Assembly: GCA_001777915.1 (NCBI GenBank)
Contig: MFFN01000004.1
Span: 617,744-681,743, forward strand
DNA from: Candidatus Edwardsbacteria bacterium RifOxyA12_full_54_48
GTDB taxonomy: Bacteria > Edwardsbacteria > AC1 > EtOH8
DNA: 64,000 nt
Direction of reading: 5' to 3'
In this document: positions 58,470-64,000 of the stretch, piece after piece
Layout of the letters: every line of letters starts with the position of its first letter
Position numbering within the stretch: position 1 is the stretch's first letter
Program-made: the position numbers and the translations under genes
The notes under the pieces: generated by a model
What the model was told of the DNA's origin: nothing
The model's input: only the letters and a program-made list of their open reading frames with translations
Databases searched by the model: none

Positions 58470-59056
58470 AAGTTCATAAAGCTTAAAGTTTAAAGAATAG
58501 AAGCCTCTGCGTCTCTGCGGTGAAATGACCCTGGATTCCTGCCTTCGCCGGAATGACACGCAGGACAGGTTAAAAGTGAAAAAGTCTTTGTGTCTTTTAT
58601 GCGCTTTGTGGCAAAACCAGTTTAATGTTCAAAGCTTGTCACACTGAGAAGGCATTCGTGCCCTGCAAGTTGAATGTGTGAAGGGGAATTCGGGAAACAT
58701 AATATTGTCGCCCGTTCAACTTGGCAAGAGTAAAGAATTCTCAGGGTGACAACAACCACTCTGCGTTTCGTGGCTAAAAGACACCTGAGATTGCTTCGCT
58801 TGTGAATCTTCGGCGCCATGCTCGCAATGACAAGAAAGGCAGGTACAAAGCCGGAAAAGAATAAAAGCCTTTGTACGCTTTGTGGTTAAAAGGGACCCTG
58901 GATTCCAGCTGGAGTTTATGCTGAATGCAATGAAGTGCTGGAATGACAAACGCATCAGCGTAAAGCTATAAAGTCTCTCTGTGACCCAGTGTCTCTGTGG
59001 CAAAACCTCAGCCCAGAAGTTAAATAAACCGCTCCGGAAAGGGGCGGCCTTTTTTG
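58470..59056. repeat. Non-coding tract with direct-repeat unit X2 (~58769-58890), three hairpin modules and a terminator
   Basis: Hairpins 'ggattcctgccttcgccggaatgaca' and 'ggattccagctgg…gctggaatgaca'. 'ggttaaaagtgaaaaagtctttgtgtcttttatgcgctttgtggcaaaacc' and 'taaagtctctctgtgacccagtgtctctgtggcaaaacc'. Terminator ccgctcc-ggaaa-ggggcgg + ttttttg at 59029-59056. Confidence 0.7.
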
Positions 59057-59147
59057 TTGATTATTTCTCTTTTATCCGACCCCTTTTTATGTTACTATTT
59101 CTACCGGAAAGCCGAAGCCTTAAATTTTAAATCACCAGCCTATAAAA

Positions 59148-59777
59148 ATGAACTCCGCCCATAACATATTGACCCCGGTCCAGCAGGACGCCCTCAAGGA
59201 GATATTCAACATCGGCTCCGGCAACGCTGCCACCACCCTGTCCGAGGCCATTCATCAGCCAGTGCTGGTATCGGTGCCCCAGATCAAGGTCAGCACCGTG
59301 GAGGAGGCCCTGTCCTCGCTGGTCAAGCCCGACCTGCCGGTGGTCTGCCTGGTCAACATCTTCGTGGGCGACCTCTCCGGCTGCACCCTGTGGCTGATGC
59401 CGGGCGATAGCGCTTTGGCCTTCGCCCAGGAGTGCTGGCACAAGATGCCCCGGGCCAAGAACGAGGCCGAGTTCCATTTCGGGCACATCCATCTGGAGAT
59501 CTCCTCGGTGCTGACCGAGTCCTACCTGAACACCCTGGGCGACATGCTGGAGCTGACCGCCATCCCCTCGCCCCCCCTGATGCTGTCCGGGCCCATGCAG
59601 AAGGTGATGGGGAGGATACTGGGAGAGTACGCCCGTTTCGGCGAGATCCTGGCCTACGTCCAGAACCGGTTCCGTTTCCCCGGCGAGGCCGGGACGGCCA
59701 GCGGCTATTTCATGATGCTGCCGGATGCCGCCTCGCTCAAGCGGATCATGACTGCCATGAAGCTGGAGGGGTCATAG
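59148..59777 (+). CDS. CheC-like (CheC/CheX/FliY family) phosphatase domain protein
   Basis: 'LTPVQQDALKEIFNIGSGNAATTLSEAI' matches the conserved CheC-family D/S-x3-E-x2-N-I-x-x-G motif. ~209 aa with a second pseudo-repeat. Confidence 0.55.
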   Translation: MNSAHNILTPVQQDALKEIFNIGSGNAATTLSEAIHQPVLVSVPQIKVSTVEEALSSLVKPDLPVVCLVNIFVGDLSGCTLWLMPGDSALAFAQECWHKMPRAKNEAEFHFGHIHLEISSVLTESYLNTLGDMLELTAIPSPPLMLSGPMQKVMGRILGEYARFGEILAYVQNRFRFPGEAGTASGYFMMLPDAASLKRIMTAMKLEGS

Positions 59778-59891
59778 GCCCCGGGAGGGACCAGGTTCCT
59801 TTTATCTTGCAGGGAACCGGGTTAATATTGTAAAATCGTTTGTCAAAGAAACGCCACCCGCTTAAGCTTCAATGATAATCAAGAGAGATCG

Positions 59892-61211
59892 ATGACCTAT
59901 CAGCAAGCCGTAGAATATCTGATGTCCTTTGTGGACCGGGAAAAAATTCCGGGCCAGAAATACCATGAGGAGCAGTATGACCTGCAGGGCTTCCGGCAGT
60001 TTTTGACCGAGCTGGGCAGCCCCCAGAATTCCTTCAAATCCATCCTGGTGGCCGGGACCAAGGGCAAGGGCTCCACCGCGGCCATGATAGAATCGGTGCT
60101 GCGCCAGCAGAGGCTGAAGACCGGGCTGTACACCTCGCCCCACCTGATCAGCTTCTGCGAACGGATAAAAAGAGACGGCAAGAATATTCTGGAGCGGGAT
60201 TTCGCCCAGCGTCTGGAATGGCTGAAGCCCTTTCTGGAGAAGTCCCGGGCCGAAGGCCGGCCGCGTACGGTGTTCGAGATCCTGACCGCCATGGCCTTTT
60301 TGTATTTCCAGGAGGTGGGGGTGGAATGGGCGGTATTGGAGGTGGGGGTGGGCGGCCGGCTGGACTGCACCAATGTGGTCAATCCCCGGGCGGCGGTTAT
60401 CACCAACCTCAGCCTGGACCATACCGAGATCCTGGGGGAAACCATCGCCCGGATCGCCGCCGAGAAGGCCGGCATCATCCGGCAGGACGCCCTGGTCATC
60501 ACCTCTCCCCAGCCGGCCGAGGCCATCAAGGTGATTCTGAAGAAATGCCAGGATTCGCTGGCCCGGCTGTTCCAGGTGGGCCGGGATGTGGGCTTCCGGA
60601 TAACCGACCAGACGCCGCACAGCGTGACCATCGACCTGGCCGGGACCTTCGGCTCCATGACCAACCTGGAGGTGGGCCTGCCGGGCGATTTTCAGGCCGA
60701 GAATGCCGCCGCGGCCTTCGCCGCGCTGCGCAGCCTGCAGTACCGCAACCTGATCCTGAGCGACAACGTCATCCGGGAGGGGTTCCGCTCGGTCAACTGG
60801 CCGGGCAGAATGCAGCAGGTATCGCAGGAGCCGGCGATCATCATCGATGGGGCCCACAACGGCCACTCCGCCAAGTGCCTGATGGACGCCCTGGAGAAGA
60901 CCTATCCCGGGGCCGGGAGGGTGGCGGTGCTGGGCATCTCTGCCAACAAGGACATAGCCGGGATAGTGGACAGCCTGGCGCCGGGTTGCCGGGCGTTGGT
61001 GATCACCAAGGCCCGGCACTCCCGGGCGGCATCTCCCGAGATCATCAGGGAACAAGCGGCCCGGCACGGGGTGGCGGCCATAGTCACCGAGAACCTGGGC
61101 GAAGCCCTGGAGAAGGCCAAACAGCTGGTGGCCGTCAGTGATCTGATAGTCATCACCGGGTCGCTGTTTTTGGCCGGAGAGGCGTTGGAGATGTTCGGGG
61201 AGAAGGCGTAG
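59892..61211 (+). CDS. folC: Bifunctional folylpolyglutamate synthase / dihydrofolate synthase
   Basis: Mur-ligase P-loop 'VAGTKGKGSTAAMIESVL', 'TSPHLISFCERI', 'IIIDGAHN'. Confidence 0.85.
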   Translation: MTYQQAVEYLMSFVDREKIPGQKYHEEQYDLQGFRQFLTELGSPQNSFKSILVAGTKGKGSTAAMIESVLRQQRLKTGLYTSPHLISFCERIKRDGKNILERDFAQRLEWLKPFLEKSRAEGRPRTVFEILTAMAFLYFQEVGVEWAVLEVGVGGRLDCTNVVNPRAAVITNLSLDHTEILGETIARIAAEKAGIIRQDALVITSPQPAEAIKVILKKCQDSLARLFQVGRDVGFRITDQTPHSVTIDLAGTFGSMTNLEVGLPGDFQAENAAAAFAALRSLQYRNLILSDNVIREGFRSVNWPGRMQQVSQEPAIIIDGAHNGHSAKCLMDALEKTYPGAGRVAVLGISANKDIAGIVDSLAPGCRALVITKARHSRAASPEIIREQAARHGVAAIVTENLGEALEKAKQLVAVSDLIVITGSLFLAGEALEMFGEKA

Positions 61212-61560
61212 GGGCCGATAGAACGCAGATCAGACGGATTTAGACGGATTCACACGGATACAAACAGGGGTATTCTCGCACTGGTCTATTAGGCAACCTA
61301 TGCCCAGTCATCGCGAGACGGCTTTTTATTTCAGCCGAAGCGATCTCAGCTGGGACCTCTGCAAAACTAACCGCCGAAGCACGGAAATTTTAAAAACACG
61401 GAATGATATCCATCAGATATTCATTCCTTTGGTGATTCCCTTCCGAAAATCAGTGTTTCCGTGCCTGCACGCTGTAGCGCGGAGTTTACACCGATGCAAG
61501 AGGTGGCGCGCAAGCTTGGTAAAAGGTACGTTTAGCCCCTAAATGAAATAATCACTGGAG
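61212..61560 (+). other. Structured 350-nt leader/intergenic region upstream of the HD-domain gene (candidate cis-regulatory RNA)
   Basis: Tandem 'acggat' iterations (cagacggatttagacggattcacacggat). Nested inverted repeats gcacggaaa…tttccgtgc enclosing ggaatgatatc…gatattcattcc. RBS GGAGGAG before the ATG at 61567. Confidence 0.35.
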
Positions 61561-61566
61561 GAGTTA

Positions 61567-62112
61567 ATGGACAGACAACAGGCTAAGGAGCTTTTGGAGC
61601 AGACCATACCCAACAAGAACCTGCAGAAGCACATGCTGGCGGCCGAGGCCTGCATGAAAGGACTGGCGGAGCATTTCGGCGAGGATCAGGATAAGTGGGC
61701 CCTGGCCGGTTTGCTGCACGACCTGGATTACGACCGGACCGCCAACGATTTCCCCAACCACGGGCTGGTCACCGCCCAGATGCTGGAGGGCCAGGACATC
61801 TCCGAGGACATCATCTACGCCATCAAGGCCCATCCCGGGCATGTGGAGGCCAAATCGAAGATGGACTTTGCCCTGTATGCGGTGGACCCGCTGACCGGCC
61901 TGATCGTGGCCGCGGCCCTGATGCATCCCACCAAAAAACTGGCCAATGTGGACGTACCGTTTATCATGAAACGCTACAAGGAAAAGCGCTTTGCGGCCGG
62001 GGCCAACCGGGATCAGATCCAGACCTGCGATAGGTTGGGATTATCGTTGGAGGATTTCATTGGCAAGTGCCTGACGGCCATGCAGGGGATAGCTCCAGAG
62101 CTTGGGCTTTAA
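61567..62112 (+). CDS. HD-domain phosphohydrolase
   Basis: 'HMLAAEACM…GLLHDLDY' (H…HD motif) and 'AIKAHPGH'. ~180 aa HDIG-like. Confidence 0.7.
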   Translation: MDRQQAKELLEQTIPNKNLQKHMLAAEACMKGLAEHFGEDQDKWALAGLLHDLDYDRTANDFPNHGLVTAQMLEGQDISEDIIYAIKAHPGHVEAKSKMDFALYAVDPLTGLIVAAALMHPTKKLANVDVPFIMKRYKEKRFAAGANRDQIQTCDRLGLSLEDFIGKCLTAMQGIAPELGL

Positions 62113-62162
62113 TAGGTTTAAACTGTTGAAAATGTTTTAAAAAGGTTCACGAAGGGGATAAA

Positions 62163-62684
62163 ATGCTAAAATCATATAAAGATAAAACACCAAAAATCGA
62201 TAAGTCGGCCTTTGTGGCCGAGACCGCTGTCATCATCGGCGATGTGGAGATCGGGGAAAGAGCCAGCATCTGGTACGGGGTGGCCATCCGGGCCGACATC
62301 AACCATGTCCGGATCGGCCAGGAGACCAACATCCAGGAGAACACCGTCATCCATGTCGATCTGAATGATAGGGGGCTGGGCGACTGCGCCACCATAATTG
62401 GCGACCGGGTCACCGTGGGACACGGGGCCATATTGCACGGCTGCAAGATCGGCGACGACTGCCTGATCGGCATGGGGGCCATCGTGCTCTCCGGGGCCAG
62501 CGTCGGGGCCGGGTCGGTGGTGGCGGCCGGGGCTTTGGTCAAGGAAGGCCAGCAGATCCCGCCCCGCTCCATGGTGATGGGCATGCCGGCCGAGGTCAAG
62601 CGGCAGCTGCCGGAGGAGGCAATAGAAAAGATACGCGCCAGCGCCCAGCACTACGTGGATCTGGCCAAGGAATATAAAAAATAG
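62163..62684 (+). CDS. Gamma-class carbonic anhydrase / hexapeptide-repeat (LbH) family protein
   Basis: 'PKIDKSAFVAETAVIIGDVEIGERASIWYGVAIRAD…IGQETNIQENTVIH' are hexapeptide repeats with His ligands in a gamma-CA/PaaY-like arrangement. Confidence 0.8.
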   Translation: MLKSYKDKTPKIDKSAFVAETAVIIGDVEIGERASIWYGVAIRADINHVRIGQETNIQENTVIHVDLNDRGLGDCATIIGDRVTVGHGAILHGCKIGDDCLIGMGAIVLSGASVGAGSVVAAGALVKEGQQIPPRSMVMGMPAEVKRQLPEEAIEKIRASAQHYVDLAKEYKK

Positions 62685-62689
62685 AATTT

Positions 62690-63532
62690 ATGTTTATTAT
62701 GAAAAGATATTTGCTTTTATTTATACTGATTCTATCAGTCTCGCCCATTGTGAATGCCCTGGATTTGAAAGGCACATTTTGGACGGATGAAAGCAATGCA
62801 TATTTTTTCTTTCAAGATACAACAGTGCTTTTTGAGCATGGGGGGCGTGCTGATAAATTCAAATATTTAATAAAAAATGATAGCCTATACCTTTTTAAAA
62901 ACTACTGGATTGATAAGGACAGTATTAAGCATATTCAATCGTATGGTTTGATATGTGGAATAAAATCAAAGGATTCCTTGTCATTACGGCCATACTTGCC
63001 CGTAGATAATGAATGGGAAAAAGATATCATTGATCCAGTATTAACTGATACAATGAAAACATCAAGGTTTTACAACGTAGAAAAATATTATGATCCATCC
63101 TTGCTTGTCTTTGATAAATTATATTTCATGTTGAATGAATATGACTATAAAGTGGAAATCATAATAGATAAGAACAGAAACTATTATTACCATGGAAAAG
63201 GCGATATTAAAAATAAGGGGTATTACCAAGGCATAATTAGCGATTCGCTTTTTAAAGTACTGGGGAATTTGCTTGAGAAAAGTTGTTTAAGACTAATTAC
63301 ATTAGAGCCTGTTTGTTATGATATTGACACCACAGGAAAAGTATCAAATATTATATTTGTTAAAGATGGTCCCGATTATACATTAAATTTATATGTAGAT
63401 AAGGAAATAATCAATCTTCAAGGCAATAGTTTGCCATACGTGGCTAAAAATCTTTTTAATTTTCTTTCCAAGTCTAATCGTGATGTTAAATTGTTAAAAT
63501 CAAAGAGTGCAAAAAAAGCTTTTGGCCAATAA
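62690..63532 (+). CDS. Hypothetical secreted protein in an AT-rich island (280 aa)
   Basis: Signal peptide MKRYLLLFILILSVSPIVNA. Tyr/Asn/Lys-rich. ~30% GC. Confidence 0.4.
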   Translation: MFIMKRYLLLFILILSVSPIVNALDLKGTFWTDESNAYFFFQDTTVLFEHGGRADKFKYLIKNDSLYLFKNYWIDKDSIKHIQSYGLICGIKSKDSLSLRPYLPVDNEWEKDIIDPVLTDTMKTSRFYNVEKYYDPSLLVFDKLYFMLNEYDYKVEIIIDKNRNYYYHGKGDIKNKGYYQGIISDSLFKVLGNLLEKSCLRLITLEPVCYDIDTTGKVSNIIFVKDGPDYTLNLYVDKEIINLQGNSLPYVAKNLFNFLSKSNRDVKLLKSKSAKKAFGQ

Positions 63533-63620
63533 AACTATCTACATATTTATAACTTTTAGTTTTCGTGTGTTTTGTGGGAAGATTTCTCTGCGTAGAAGAT
63601 AATATTAAGGAGGCTCTATC

Positions 63621-64000
63621 GTGAGGCTCAATTATTACTGGCGGGAGGCCCTGGCCGGCCTGAAGCGGGCCAAGCTGATGACCTTTTTGTCGGTATCCAG
63701 CATCACCTCGGCCCTGTTCATCCTGGGCTCGTTCCTGCTGGTGACCCTGAATTTCCAGAGGGCCATCGACCAGGTGAAAGGCAAGTTCGAGATCCAGGCA
63801 TTTTTAAGGGACAATGTGGCCAACAGCCAGGCCCTGGTGATAGGCAGCCGCATCCGGGACATCCCCGGGATACAGGAGACGGAATACATCTCCAAGCAGG
63901 AGGCCCTAAAGCAGTTCCGGCAGGAGCTGGCCGACAAGGCCGACCTGCTGAATGCCATCGAGACCAACCCCCTGCCCCAGTCTTTCAAGGTCAAGCTCAA
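63621..64000 (+). CDS. ftsX: Cell-division ABC-transporter permease-like protein FtsX (3'-partial; runs off the window end). Not in the ORF track.
   Basis: GTG start 10 nt after AAGGAGG. 'NYYWREALAGLKRAKLMTFLSVSSITSALFILGSFLLV…' has the FtsX N-terminal TM1 and periplasmic loop. Translated by hand. Confidence 0.65.
   Translation, partial: MRLNYYWREALAGLKRAKLMTFLSVSSITSALFILGSFLLVTLNFQRAIDQVKGKFEIQAFLRDNVANSQALVIGSRIRDIPGIQETEYISKQEALKQFRQELADKADLLNAIETNPLPQSFKVKL

Noticed and set aside
57600-59056. Integron cassette array / attC sites
   Set aside because: The GGTTAAAAG motif superficially resembles an attC R'' core (GTTRRRY). However, there is no intI nearby, no paired inverse-core RYYYAAC within each unit, and unit spacing does not accommodate ORFs. 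Only one gene lies in 1.5 kb.
57600-59056. CRISPR array
   Set aside because: Repeats are not regularly spaced, the units are mosaic with variable length, and there are no unique spacer-like segments of uniform size. No cas genes are in the window.

Overview
This is a high-GC (~62-65%) bacterial chromosomal segment with a Fibrobacteres-Chlorobi-Bacteroidetes-group flavour, inferred from T9SS-type C-terminal sorting domains and paired GWxTD proteins. It nevertheless carries canonical sigma70 TTGACA-17-TATAAT promoters. Coding is almost all on the + strand; only three tandem parvulin chaperone genes lie on the - strand.

The housekeeping backbone comprises glyQS, rsmI, a CDP-alcohol phosphatidyltransferase paired with myo-inositol-1-phosphate synthase, tmk, ctpA, a pstSCAB-pstB-phoU locus, proS, cobB, iscS/nifS, folC, a partial ftsX and several hydrolases.

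AT-rich (~30-35% GC) insertions break the backbone at about 12.45-13.74 kb, 14.44-14.96 kb, 36.65-37.1 kb, 53.8-54.34 kb and 62.69-63.62 kb. They carry orphan secreted proteins or small nucleases (GxxExxY, GIY-YIG).

A dispersed mosaic repeat family occupies many intergenic gaps: about 5.96, 8.57-8.96, 16.6-16.85, 20.14, 21.0-21.55, 56.8-57.1 and 57.6-59.05 kb. Its modules are a GGATTCC-N-GGAATGACA hairpin, a GGTTAAAAG module, and tandem CTTTGTG / CCACCAAG heptads.

The most unusual locus is 53.8-59.1 kb. It contains an AT-rich leader, then an orphan cassette of an LCAT-like lipase plus three unknown proteins, then about 2 kb of repeat-laden non-coding DNA that surrounds a lone PAS-domain gene flanked by ~115-bp direct repeats.

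No rRNA, tRNA or CRISPR was found. No homology searches could be run; all functional calls rest on motifs recognised by eye.
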